Shown in pieces: positions 38,847 through 52,913 of a stretch of DNA of 64,000 nt; the stretch's first letter is position 1, and each line of letters begins with the position of its first letter. The stretch is from positions 27,528,001 to 27,592,000 of the forward strand of contig NC_042997.1 of the NCBI RefSeq assembly GCF_006345805.1, given 5' to 3'. Below the pieces are notes generated by a model, which had not been told where the DNA came from, did not search any database, and worked only from the letters and a program-made list of their open reading frames with translations. The stretch comes from Octopus sinensis (lineage: Eukaryota). The position numbers and the translations under genes are program-made.

Positions 38847-40382
38847 CATATAGGGAGAGATTACGGAAAAAAAAACAAAAGACGAAGGCAGGTGGTGTAC
38901 AAAAGAAACAGATGTATTAGTATAACGCTCAGGAAGAGAAAAGTCTTTTACGTTTCGAGCCTGCGATTTTCTACAGAAAGGGACACAGAAAAAACAAGGA
39001 GAGAAGAAAAGGAGAGAAAACATTGTGTGTAGTGATCAACAATCTATCATGGCGTCTGATACAAACATAAATACATACATACATACATACATACATACAT
39101 ACATACATACATACATGCATGCATACATACATACAGACAGACAGACAAACAGACAGACAGACCTATGTGTATACCCTTCCACATTGATGCACGCATGCAC
39201 ACAAACAAACAAACAAACAAACAAGCAAGCAAAAAGAACGCAGCTCTCATAATGGACAGTCAAGTATTATTGAAAGTTTTGCAAGACACAATGAAAAGTT
39301 TAGAATAAACAAGTTAATGAATAGAAATCAAACCGGTAAGTGTGTCAAATTATAAAGCACCAAAAGAGAACGACTTTCCTCGGACTCAATAAAAAGGCAA
39401 TAGTTGTGACGTAAACTCTAAGTTCAATATTAATCATAACAGGGAATACTTCTCTCTTTTTATTCGCTAGCTATCCATTGACGTCACCACTTGTCCAACG
39501 AAGCAATTCTTATATTCACTTTAAATTTCAATACTTTGGGATATCTTTGACAGCGCGGTATTAACATATACTTTCCAGTATATTAATTTTGATATTATAC
39601 ATATATATATATATATATATATATATCTTTATATATATAAAACTGAGAGTGTGTGTCTGTCCGACTGTCTGTCTGTGTGTTTCCCTTAAACTTGAGAACT
39701 ACACAACCAATTTCATTCAAATTTTACACATGCTTTACTTAGGGTCCGGGGAGTGTCATCGGCAAAAACAATTTTTTACTTTTTGCCTAGAGCGAGCCCA
39801 CAGCAATATCATATCTTCTCCACTACGATTCCCTAAACTTGAGAACTACACATCCAATTCCATTCAAATTTTATACATGCTTTACTTAGTGTCCATGTAG
39901 TTTCATGGGCCAAAAAATGTTCAACCTCTTGCCTAGAGCGAGCCCATAGCAATATCATATCTTCTCCACTATTTCAGTATTACGTGTTAAAAGTGAAACA
40001 AAAGCGTTTCTCTATTTTATGTCAGATACTTTTACTTTAACAATAAAAATAATAACACTTAGAACAAGTGTCCTCCAGAGGACCATCATGGTTTCCTGGT
40101 CTCTTGGTCTAAAGTTCTAAGAATCCATCCGGTCAGCCGCCTGCATTTCATTGCCAATTTAGCAACATGCACATGAAAGATTGCATCATTACTCATGTAA
40201 ATGCCCAGGTCTCGCACTGACTGTGCCTCTGGGATTGCAATCTCTCCAGGTCGAGTTTATTTATTGAATATTGCATAGAAGCACACAAACATGAACACAC
40301 AAACACAGGAATATACAGAATACATACATACGTACACACATGCATGTACATATGTATATATGCTTACACACACATACATACA

Positions 40383-40416
<34 letters not shown>

Positions 40417-41063
40417 CATATAGGGAGAGATTACGGAAAAAAAAAACAAAAGACGAAGACAGGTGGTGCACAAAACAAACAGATGTATTAGTATATATGC
40501 ATACACACACATACATACACATACATACATACATACATACATACATACATACATACATGCATGCATGCATGCATACATACAGACTGACAGACAAACAGAC
40601 AGACTGACATACCTATGTGTATACCCTTCCACATTGATGCACACATGCACACAAACAAACAAACAAACAAACAAGCAAAAAGAACGCAGCTCACATAATG
40701 GACAGTCAAGGATTATTGAAAAGTTTGCAAGACACAATGAAAAGTTTAGAATAAACAAGTTAATGAATAGAAATCAAACCGGTAAGTGTGTCAAATTATA
40801 AAGCACCAAAAGAGAACGACTTTCCTCGGACTCAATAAAAAGGCAATAGTTGTGACGTAAACTCTAAGTTCAATATTAATCATAACAGGGAATACTTCTC
40901 TCTTTTTATTCGCTAGCTATCCATTGACGTCACCACTTGTCCAACGAAACAATTCTTATATTCACTTTAAATTTCAATACTTTGGGATATCCCTGACAGC
41001 GCGGTATTAACATATACTTTCGAGTATATTAATTTTGATATTATACATATATATATATATATA

Positions 41064-41557
41064 TCTTTATATATATAAAACTGAGAATGTGTGTCTGTCC
41101 TTCTGTCTGTCTGTGTGTTTCCCTTAAACTTGAGAACTACGCAACCAATTTCATTCAAATTTTACACATGCTTTACTTAGGGTCCGGAGAGTGTCATCGG
41201 CAAAAATAATTTTTAACTTTTTGCTTAGGGCGAGCCCACAGCAATATCATATCTTCTCCACTACGATTCCCTAAAACTTGAGAACTACACAACCAATTCC
41301 ATTCAAATTTTACACATGCCTTACTTAGGGTGCAAGGGGGTACTCGACTCGAACTTGCAAAGTAGAAATATTTTACTTTTACCTTTATATCTTAGACGTA
41401 GGCGTCCTGCACTAGCGATATCAAGATATAACTTTGTATTTTGCATTTTATGTTTAGATGTATATATACAGATGTACATGTAATATGTACACATATATAT
41501 ACACATATATACATGCACTAGCACTATGACCCGGCAACGACCGGTCTTTAATACTAG
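41064..41557 (+). mobile_element. Non-autonomous Helitron-like element (complete ends)
   Basis: 5' A|TC, subterminal hairpin GACCCGGCAACGACCGGTC (41528-41546), 3' CTAG|T. Confidence 0.7.
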
Positions 41558-41559
41558 TA

Positions 41560-41637
<78 letters not shown>

Positions 41638-41644
41638 TATATGT

Positions 41645-42085
41645 AGGGGTGGATGTGTGGTAAGTAGCTTACCAACAACATGGTTTCGGGTTCAGTCCCA
41701 CTGCATAGCACATCGAGCAAGTGTCTTCTACTATAGCCTCGGGCCGACCAAAGCCTTGTGAGAGGATTTGGTAGACGGAAACTGAAAGAAGCCCGTCGTA
41801 TATACGTATATATATATATGTATGTACGTATGTATGTATGTATGCATGTATGTATGTATGTATGTATGTGTATGTATATGTTTGTGTGTCTGTGTTTGTC
41901 TCCCCAAATTCGCTTGACAACCGATGCTGGTTTGTTTACGTCCCCGTAATTTAGCTGTTCGGTTAAATAGATCGATAGAATAAATACTAGCCTTACAAAG
42001 AATAAGTCCTGGGGTCGATTTGCTCGACTAAAGGCGGTACTCCAGCATGGCCGCAGTCAAATAACTGAAACAAGTAAAAGAGTAT
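41645..42085 (+). mobile_element. SINE family B
   Basis: Matches the family. Confidence 0.85.
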
Positions 42086-42129
42086 ACACACACACACACA
42101 CACACACACATACACACATATATATATAT

Positions 42130-42712
42130 ATATAATTGCCAACCAAATGTGGTGTCCTATACGGGACAGTGTTACTGGCGTGTATAGCCCCAGGAAGATA
42201 TCTCTTCCTGCTGGCTAACGAGATACATTCTATGTCCAATTAGTATTTGCAAGGGGAGGTCATCGCTTCCATCCCTAGCCTTACGTGATACGCATGGACT
42301 TGAGTTTCTAGGTGGTTACTCATCATCAGCGTGTATTAATCACCAACTAGTTATGAAAACTCACTCCCACTGGCAAAATGCTATAAGCTTTTTTCAGCGA
42401 CGATTCGTCGCTGATCGCGAAAAAGTAGAAATAAGCTATATTACATATCTGAGGGAGATGTAAACAGTAGCAATACGGAATCGTAACATATAATTGCTAA
42501 GTGTGGTGTCCTATACGGGACAGTGCTAGTGGCGTTTATAGCCCCAGTAAGATATCTCTTCCAGCTGCCTAACAACACACATTCTGTGTCCGATTAATAT
42601 TTGCGAGGGGAGGTCATCGCTACCATCCCTAGCCTTACATGATATACACAGACTCGAGTTTCTGGGTAGTTACCCGTCCTCAGCGTGTGTTAATCCCCAG
42701 CCAGTGATTACT
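42130..42712. repeat. Two diverged ~225-bp direct repeats around a ~130-bp spacer
   Basis: TGTGGTGTCCTATACGGGACAGTG... near 42148 and 42501. Confidence 0.8.
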
Positions 42713-43147
42713 TTGGTCGTCCTGATACTTGAAAATAAAACCCATGTGGGGATATATATGGAAAGAAGTGTATGAAAAAGAACAGATAAATATTTTTTCA
42801 TACTAAAACTGAGAGTGGTTAAAAATTTCAAATAAAAGATGCACAAAATTTAATGTGATATCTTTATATATATAAATGGTATATAAGCTATATAATACGA
42901 TTCGAGGAAGGCTACTTTCTACGGTCGTTTCCAGAGTTCTTGTCCTTGAAGAAAAATTAATAGAAATCTTACAAACCATGTGAGCAATGTCCCCTTCGTC
43001 AGGAAAAGTATCCTCGTAAAATCACATTCTTGACAATCGTTGGTTATTACAAAGGGATGGATATAGGCTTAAATAAAATTTCATACATACGTATACAAAT
43101 GAGATAGTGGAGAATATGGAATGATGGGACAAGTACCTATTGAGACT

Positions 43148-43580
43148 AAGGCGGCGAGCTGGCAGAATCGTTAGCACGCCGGAGGAGATGCTTAGCGATG
43201 TTTCGTCTGCCGTTACGTTCTGAGTCCAAATTCCGCCGAGGTCGACTTTGCCTTTCATCCTTTCGGGGTCGATAAATTAAGTACCAGTTACACACTGGGG
43301 TCGATGTAATCGACTTAATCCGTTTGTCTGTCCTTGTTTGTCCTCTCTGTGTTTAGCCCCTTGTGGGTAGTTAAGAAATAGGTATTTCGTCTGCCGCTAC
43401 GTTCTGAGTTCAAATTCCTCCGAGGTCGACTTTGCCTTTCATCCTTTCGGGGTCGATTAAATTAAGTACCAGTTACGTACTGGGGTTGATATATTCGACT
43501 TAATCCGTTTATCTGTCCTTGCTTGTCCTCTCTGTGTTTAGCCCCTTCTGGGTAGTAAAGAAATAGGTATTTTGTCAGTC
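43148..43580 (+). mobile_element. SINE family C dimer
   Basis: Same duplicated-body architecture as 12143-12550. Confidence 0.88.
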
Positions 43581-43960
43581 TTAACGTTCTGAATTCAAAT
43601 TGAGTTTGAAGAAAATATCTCTTTTGAATCTTATTTTTTGGGCTCTTAAATATACTGCATTTTGTGGCATTATTTCAAGCCAGCCGGCTTTTTTTTTTCG
43701 CAAACTGCACGTGCATTTTTCTCGCGTACGTGTAGTATCGATCGCAACACCTGATGTTCTTGCGCGTACAAATGCATGTTCCCACGACTTTATCGATTGC
43801 ATTCTCACCTGGAATCGATTTTTGTAATTTTTTCGAGAGACTTATACACGCCCTGATACCGTCGGTATCTACATATCAAATTTGAGCGCAATCGGATGGG
43901 GGATACCAGAGATCCTAGAAGACACAGACAGAGACAGACAGAACAGATTTTTATCATACA
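43580..43960 (-). mobile_element. Helitron-like non-autonomous repeat (partial)
   Basis: Minus strand has a (CTGT)n block and CCGATTGCGCTCAAATTTG; fragments recur at 44440-44468 and 48031-48095. Confidence 0.45.
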
Positions 43961-44468
43961 AAGAATTATTATATATATAATAATGCTTTAACTGAGGAAT
44001 ATGTATATATACATTAATGCTTTAATTGAGGAAGATTTATATATATTCTAATGCTTTAATTGGGGAAGGATGCAATTCCTAATTTTAGGCGAACCTGAAA
44101 CGTACATTTTGAATGATTTCAAAATTCCTCAACCTGATTTGCTTTCATTATTACTACTAATACAACTCGATATCAGTACAAAGTTGTCGGTCTTGACTCC
44201 AATTACATACTTATAATTTATGGGAAAATCCATGGCTAATTGAATTATATCCACTAATTTTACAGGTGACTACATTTTAACCGATAATTACTGTCCCTTC
44301 TCTTTAAAAGTTGCAACCTCACGTTACGTTTTTGTTTTAGAAAGCTGAACGATAATTATAACGTGACATTCGCGCATTCTTTGATTTATCTATTGACTGG
44401 AAAATATAATTTGGAAGGAGCAACATCTTAATTTTACAAGATTTATACACGCCCTGATACCGTCGGTA

Positions 44469-44508
<40 letters not shown>

Positions 44509-44510
<2 letters not shown>

Positions 44511-44825
44511 GGGCGCGTGGCTTAGTGGTTAGGGCATTCGGCTCATGATCGTAAGGTTGTGAGTTCGATTCCCGGCGACGCGTTGTGTCCTTGAGCAAGA
44601 CACTTTATTTCACGTTGCTCCAGTCCACTCAGCTGGCAAAAATGAGTTGTACTTGTATTTCAAAGGGTCAGCCTTGTCACTCTCTGTGTCACGCTGATTA
44701 TCCCCGAGAACTACGTTAAGGGTACACGTGTCTGTGGAATGCTCAGCCATTTGCACGTTAATTTCACGAGCAAGCTGTTCCGTTGATCGTATCAGCTGGG
44801 ACCCTCGTCGTCGTAACCGGCGGAG
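44509..44825 (+). mobile_element. SINE, family A-related (A2)
   Basis: tRNA-like head plus the family A 3' body; nearly identical to 60552-60878. Confidence 0.88.
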
Positions 44826-45109
44826 AGAGAAAGAAAAAAAAGAAAAAGATATATATATATATATGCATTAATTTTAAAATGACAAACTTTACTGTTTACA
44901 TTGTCAGCAAAGCAACCAAAGAAGCTTGCAGCATTATTGCGAATGATGTTTACTTTAAGGTTGACAGCTAATTACTCGAGTAACAACGAAAAATTTCTTG
45001 AGAACTTTTTGGGATATCTGTGCTGCTCCCCTAAACATTAGATATCTCACAAATTGCAATATCGCCGTGGTTGATATACCTTTACACTGATGTATAAATT
45101 GACAAAATA

Positions 45110-45496
45110 GGGAGGAAGCACTCCGTCGGTTACGACGACGAGTGTTCCGGTTGATCCGAATCAACGGAACAGCCTGCTCGTGAAATTAGCGTGTAAGTGG
45201 CTGAGCACTCCACAGACACGTGTACCCTTAACGTAGTTCTCGGGAATATTCAGCGTGACACAGAGAGTGACAAGGCCGGCCCTTTGAAATACAGATACAA
45301 CAGAAACAGGAAGTAAGAGTGAGAGAAAGTTGTGGTGAAAGAGTACAAGGGGGTCACCACCATCCCCTGCCGGAGCCTCGTGGAGCTTTAGGTGTTTTCG
45401 CTTAATAAACACTCACAACGCCCGGTCTGGGAATCGAAACCGCGATCCTATGACCGCGAGTCCGTTGCCCTAACCACTGGGCCATTGCGCCTCCAC
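45110..45496 (-). mobile_element. SINE family A upstream of locus C exon 2
   Basis: 10-bp TSD TGACAAAATA (45100-45109 and 45497-45506). Confidence 0.92.
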
Positions 45497-46140
45497 TGAC
45501 AAAATAACTCATTATGGTAATAATACATTTCAAATGTTCTCCATAATTCTTCAGTTTGCTATTTACTATCTTTCAAATTAAATATAACTCTAGCGCTTAG
45601 ACAGTCACATTTTGTCAAATTTCGTTGTTTACTTGCGCATTCATATAAGTATGGGTCAGTCACACCTACACCCATTATTATACTTCTCCATTGTAACTTT
45701 TACCTACTTGAAATACGGATATCAATAGCTGATTCAAGTCTTGTTGAAAATATCTCATTCATAAGTTTTCTCTACACATATTACCATACTTCTCCATTCT
45801 ACATTTTTTCTGCTTGAAATATGGATATCAACGGCTGTTGAAAATAACTCATTCATCAATTTTCTCTTACAAAATACACAGACATATTTCTCTTTCATTC
45901 CACACACTACAAAGAATGCCCTCTAATCTTTATTACACTGGTTTGAATATATATATGCCGCTGGGTATTTGAGAGAAGGAGAGATGGAGAGGGACGGAGG
46001 GGGAGGGAAATGGAAAGAGTGAGGGATTTTATGTGTGCTATAGGTGTAGTATATTATTCTTGGTTTCTCTCATTCGTTTAGCTGTGAGCTATGTTGAAAC
46101 GTAACTACTTATCTTAACATAAACATTTTATATCACGCAG

Positions 46141-46671
46141 GTTCTCATCCAGGCTGGAATTTTCCTCCTCACCGATGTCGTATTGTTCATGTCCTCTGCG
46201 TCAATTCCGACTCAATGTAAAATACCAAAAGTCTTGAAAGTCCAATACGAGGAACTATCCAGCGCAGCGATCGGCAATAACTTTTTCTTGCCAGCTGAAA
46301 TGGCTCCAGCGGGAAGTGACCAACAAGCACTGACCGAAGGGGATAAAACTTGCCCAACATCTTCTGTATCTACTGATATCATTCGCGATCGTTCAACCTG
46401 CCCATGGTACCTGAAAATTACCCACAATTCCACATATTTTCCTCCGTCACGCAGAGAAGTCGTGTGTCGTTGTACAGACTGTCTGGACTCTGACAGTAAC
46501 CACCAATGTGTGATCGTTTATACTCCAATGACTGTCCTGAAACGTACAGCTCAATGCGTTGATGGACTGTACGTTTATAAACCAAGTGCCATCGAGGTGG
46601 CCACAGCCTGTGTGCGCGCACGGAAAGTCGATGTAATATCCGGAGGAAATGAGGACGAATATGAGTCGTAA
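46141..46671 (+). CDS. IL17: IL-17-like locus C exon 2 (open frame; CxC changed to CVR; exon 1 not found, possibly a nascent pseudogene)
   Basis: Acceptor CACGCAG at 46140; 531 nt like B and D and closely similar to them; codon 46615-46617 is CGC where B and D have TGT. Confidence 0.85.
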   Translation, partial: VLIQAGIFLLTDVVLFMSSASIPTQCKIPKVLKVQYEELSSAAIGNNFFLPAEMAPAGSDQQALTEGDKTCPTSSVSTDIIRDRSTCPWYLKITHNSTYFPPSRREVVCRCTDCLDSDSNHQCVIVYTPMTVLKRTAQCVDGLYVYKPSAIEVATACVRARKVDVISGGNEDEYES

Positions 46672-46745
46672 TATCGGCCAAAATCAATGAACATTCAAAT
46701 GTGTGTAACACAAATGGTTTTCATAATGTTATGGAAGTTTAAGTA

Positions 46746-46760
46746 AACCACTGTGTGGTT
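46746..46760 (+). promoter_or_regulatory. CDE-like 3'UTR stem-loop, locus C
   Basis: AACCAC-TGT-GTGGTT. Confidence 0.55.
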
Positions 46761-46996
46761 GTTATATGAAACATATATGAAACATGCGTACAAACAAAAG
46801 CATAGAACCGTGCATATGAGAATTCTCGCTCTACCTATCTATCTATTTGTCTATCTCTCACTCTCTCTCTCTCACCTCTCTCTCTCTTTCTCTCACCTCT
46901 CTCACTTCTCTCTCTCTCTCTCTCTCTCTCTCACTTTCTTCATCTCACACACACACATACATATGTGTTACGCAGTCATATATATATAAATATGTA

Positions 46997-47032
<36 letters not shown>

Positions 47033-47036
<4 letters not shown>

Positions 47037-47362
47037 CGCATGGCTCAGTGGTTAGAGCGTCGAGCTTACGATCGCGAGGTTGTGAGCTCGAATCCCGGAC
47101 CGGGCTGGGTGTTGTGTTCTCGAGCAAGGCACTTTATTTCACGTTGCTCCTGTTCACTCAGCTGTAGAAATGAGTTGCGACGTCACTGGTGCCAAGCTGT
47201 ATCGACCTTTGTCTTTCCCTTGGATAACACTGATGGCGTGGAGAGGGGAGGCTGGTATGCATGGGCGACTGCTGGTCTTCCATAAACAACCGTGCCCGGA
47301 CTTGTGTCTAGGAGGGTAACTTTCTAGGTGCAATCCCATGGTCATTCATGACCGAAGGGGGT
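47033..47362 (+). mobile_element. tRNA-derived SINE family D
   Basis: GGCTCAGTGG A-box and GAGCTCGAATCC B-box-like; inverted near-identical partner at 48521. Confidence 0.9.
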
Positions 47363-47746
47363 AAAAAAAAAATATATATATATATAAGTATATATTTGCA
47401 AAGTCACCAGGCTTGAGAAATGAATATATATTATATTTAACCCCTGACTTTGGTAGCATTACAGGCGGTTCTCAAATTTCTTCATGCATTAATTTCAATA
47501 TGTAAGAAATTATACTCACATGTCTTCTTTCATATCATTGCTCATCAATATACAAAACGGTTTTATATTCAGAAATTAATTCAAATAAAGAAAGCTAGCT
47601 TCCACGGATATTTGACATTATAGTACGTTGTAACTGATGATCACCTGACACTGTATTTGCATGCGCATAGAAGCTCACACACATATGTGTGTGTTTCTGT
47701 CTTTACATACACACATACATACGTACATACATTACACACACACACG

Positions 47747-47846
<100 letters not shown>

Positions 47847-47988
47847 CATACAGAGAGAAAGAGAGAGTGAGAGAGAGATAATGGTGTCATTGAGACCCAA
47901 ACGTGTCAAGTAATGCTGAATAAGTGCTATAGACAGACCATAGTTAAGTTCATGATTTGGTAATATTGCGAATGAAGGGTTCAACGTT

Positions 47989-48032
<44 letters not shown>

Positions 48033-48484
48033 GACGGTATCAGGGCGTGTATAAATCTTGAAAAAATTACAAAAATCGATTCCAGGTGAGATTCCAGGTG
48101 AGCCGTTTTTGTCCTGCTTTTCTTTCGTCGACCAGTACATAACTGCACCTTCCATTTTTTGTTGTTTTTGTACTGCTTAAAGGCACGTTTCTTTCCTGCC
48201 AAGCTTACTGTTTAAACCACGTTTGTGTTCTCCCAGTCAACAGACTTATCATTACTGGTACTTTAAACTCTTCGGTTGCATATTTGTGTGAAGAAAATCG
48301 TTTTTCTTTGGAATAGCATAATAGTCTATCTTTATTTCTTCTTTTGCTGGTGTCTCAAATTTAGGTTAAATCAGTGTTTCTCAAAGGGAAGGCCTATGGG
48401 ACGGTCGGACAAGTTGTTTTGAGAAAATTTGGGTTACATATTTGACAACTCAGCACCGTCCATTGGACGGGAGGCGTTTTGCTC

Positions 48485-49170
<686 letters not shown>

Positions 49171-49399
49171 AGATATGAAATAAGAAACCCAACAAATGAA
49201 AATCGTATGTATTTATATAGTATGTACGTATGTATTTATATAGTATTAATATTGTTAAGTAGAATGGAGATTTTTCACATCTATAATTTTAACAGTTATT
49301 CACAGAAAAGGATGCTGTATATATTTTTATCTTTTAAATAAAATTCTCGATGAGAAGATTCTTTGCTCTCCTTATCCTTATTAATACTATTACTTATTC

Positions 49400-49660
49400 A
49401 AATTGCGTCCGATCGCTGCAGGACCAGCGTTCGGCATCCAAAGATTAAGCAGTTTGCTGGACATTATTTAAAAACCATTATGCAGATTAGTTCCCAGTTT
49501 CATTAGAGGTGACATGGACTTCTTAAACCATATCCCAGAACAGGTAGATAAAGAGATAGCACTAGTTTGCTTTGCCGTAGCTAGTCTCTACACAAATATT
49601 CCCCATATATATATGGACTAGACTCAGTAGAATTCTGGATAAACAAACACACATATGGCC
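49400..49660 (+). mobile_element. Penelope-like RT fragment
   Basis: KLRPIAAGP...LSSLLDIILKPL....SFIR..MDFL..IP......LV.F.V.SLYTNIPH (with frameshifts). Confidence 0.75.
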
Positions 49661-49980
49661 TTCCAGCAGCAACGCTCTCAAAGTTTCACTACAGTCTCCA
49701 TCAGCTTTACATAGCCGTCTAAATTTATCTTAATGCCGTCACCCTCACTGGGGATACACCGAAATACCATCACAAGTTTTGGGAAATTGATTTTCATGAT
49801 ACCCGAGTTTGTCTCACAGCCTTCACAGAGAACTGAGAGGCAGTCATGATGCCAGCATTTTGATGCTTGGTCCGAATCATCATGATACAATTAACACTTT
49901 CCCGATACTGACATGGATTACGTTCCTCCATGTAAGCGAAATTTTTCTCAAATACATGTCATATTTACACTGTCCAATAC

Positions 49981-50212
49981 CTGTTTCTTTATTACCCACA
50001 AGGGGCTAAACACAGAGGGGACAAACAAGGACAGACATAGGTATTAAGTCGATTACATCGACCCCAGTGCGTAACTGGTACTTAATTTATCGACCCCGAA
50101 AGGATGAAAGGCAAAGTCGACCTCGACGGAACTTGAACTCACAACGTAACGGCAGCCAAAATACCGCTAAGCATTTCGCCCGACGTGCTAACGATTCTGC
50201 TAGCTCGCCGCC
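49981..50212 (-). mobile_element. SINE family C
   Basis: 16-bp TSD TTACACTGTCCAATAC (49965-49980 and 50213-50228). Confidence 0.92.
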
Positions 50213-50569
50213 TTACACTGTCCAATACCGTCGACTGCTCACCAATGGATTGAATAATCCTGAAAAAAGGAGACACAAAGCTCGTCAAATTAAATACGGA
50301 CATTCTGTACAATTATAAGCAAATAGGAATGGAAAAGTATCTAAAGAAAAACTAAGTTATATCAATGAAATTTGCCAAATTACTTCGTTAGTCTTTACCA
50401 GCATAAGGACTGCAGTAAGATCTTTTTCTCGTTAATATTAAAAAACGACACAAGTAAAGCTTGTGTTGTTTTTTAATATTAATATTTGATTGCTATGAGA
50501 GTGGTTTTTTATGCGCCCTTTTCAAGCCTAGCCAGGCTCATGTATTCCCCGTAGCTGTACGGGACGCTA

Positions 50570-50770
50570 GTCCATCGCAGCGTTACTCAGGAAACAGGAA
50601 GAAAGAGTGAGAGAAAGTTGGGGCGAAAGAGTACAACAAGGGTCGCCACCACCCCCTGCCGGAGCCTCGTGGAGCTTTAGGTGTTTTCGCTCAATAAACA
50701 CACACAACGCTCGGTCTGGGAATCGAACCACGACACCTCTGCCCTAACCACTGGGCCATTGCGCCTCCAC
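50570..50770 (-). mobile_element. SINE family A-related partial copy
   Basis: Head and 5' body match. Confidence 0.7.
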
Positions 50771-50789
50771 ATATGATAGCGGTTACTTC

Positions 50790-50830
<41 letters not shown>

Positions 50831-51229
50831 TTGACTGGAAAGAATTTCCTGTCGCATGTCAAGAGGGGAGTGTAGTAGATCCTTTTCTCTAAATTGATTT
50901 ATTTAATCAATAAAATATATCCCCTCATTATTGATTGCATAATTACAATCTACTTGGGAAAATACTGATTGTTCGGGTGTAAATTTGTTCCTATTTCGAA
51001 GCAAAGAAACACAAAGTATCCTTCATAACTTCTTCACAATTAATAAACATTAATCTCTCTATATCCTGATGATCTCAACTGTATATAGTCCGATGGAGCA
51101 AGGCTAGGAGAGCAAAGTGGATGAGACAAATCTTCTATGTTGAGTGCAACAATAATCACACGAGTTATTTGAGAAATATATGGTCTTTCAATACTGTGTA
51201 AGGGCAATAACTATCTCTCTCTCTCTCTC

Positions 51230-51427
51230 TTTTACTCTTTTTACTTGTTTCAGTCATTTGACTGCGGCCATGCTGGAGCACCACCTTTATTCGAGCAAAT
51301 TGACCCCGGGACTTATTCTTTGCAAGCCCAGTACTTATTATATCGGTCTCTTTTTCCGAACCGCTAAGTGACGGGGACGTAAACACACCAGCATCGGTTG
51401 TCAAGCAATGCTAGGGGGACAAACACA

Positions 51428-51498
<71 letters not shown>

Positions 51499-51670
51499 CA
51501 TATATACGACAGGCTTCTTTCAGTTTCCGTCTACCAAATCCACTCACAAGGCATTGGTCAGCCCGGGGCTATAGCAGAAGACACTTGCCCAATATGCCAC
51601 GCAGTGGGACTGAACCCGGAACCATGTGGTTGGTTAGCAAGCTACTTACCACACAGCCACTCCTGCGCCT
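51230..51670 (-). mobile_element. SINE family B
   Basis: Matches the family. Confidence 0.88.
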
Positions 51671-51674
51671 ATAC

Positions 51675-51899
51675 TCTCTTTACTTTTTTTACTTGTTTCA
51701 GTCATTTGACAGTGGCCATGCTGAAGCACCGCATTTAGTCGAGCAAATCGACAACAGGACTTATTCTTTGTAAGCCTAGTACTTATTCTATCGGTCTTTT
51801 TTGCCGAACCGCTAAGTTACAGGGACGTAAACACACCAGCATCGGTTGTCAAGCGATGTTGGGATAGACAAACACAGACACACAAACATATACACACAC

Positions 51900-51960
<61 letters not shown>

Positions 51961-52145
51961 TACACATATATATATACATATGTACGCGGACTTCTTTCAG
52001 TTTCCGTCTACAAAATCCACTCCCGTGGATTTGTTTGGCCCGAGGCTATAGTAGAAGACACTTGCCCAAGGTGCTACGCAGTGGGACTGACACCGGAACC
52101 ATGCGGTTCCTTAGCAAGCTACTTTACCACACATCCACTCCTACG
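51675..52145 (-). mobile_element. SINE family B (adjacent second copy)
   Basis: Matches the family. Confidence 0.85.
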
Positions 52146-52730
52146 CCTCTTTATGCCCCCTCGTTATCGAGTATGGCCATTGCACAAAGCTTAATCGCAG
52201 GAACCGTTTCGTTATGGTTAACCACATCATTATAGATGACACCATTCCTATCATACCAAGTGCACAACACGTAGGAGGATGTTGTGTTCATCTGTAAATA
52301 GATTCTCTTTTTGGTCAGTAATGATACAAGCAAGGAAACTTTCACACAGCGGAATCATTATATGACATAAAACTAAACTAATGGAAATTTAAAATTAGGA
52401 AAAAAGATTCTTGCGATAGAGAAAATGAATTCGTTGTGAATTTATCCCGTTACGAAAAAATACTGAAGTATTATAGACAAGGGGAGGAAATGTTCATGTG
52501 ACAACGACATAGCTTAAGTTTTCTCTCATTGTTTGTATATTTACCCGTTTATCACATGTGAAGGTGCGGTAAGGATGTGATACTAGTTGTCTGACTAAAC
52601 AGGAAGTAGAATCTATCACCTTCATTTAGGTATTTTCTCGTTCTATTTTAATACATTACGTAGTTTTATAGTGTGTGGTGTGTGTGTGTGTGTGTAGATA
52701 GGTAGGTAGGGTAGGTAAGTAGGAAAATAG

Positions 52731-52767
<37 letters not shown>

Positions 52768-52842
52768 TAGTTATATTACGTAGTTTATATAGATAAAAAT
52801 ATCTATCTATCTATCTTTCTATCTATCTATCTCTACACATAC

Positions 52843-52913
<71 letters not shown>

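Noticed and set aside
42758-42775. Alternative exon 1 for locus C (MERS|GTATGA)
   Set aside because: No homology to the B/D exon 1 or promoter; such short matches are expected by chance
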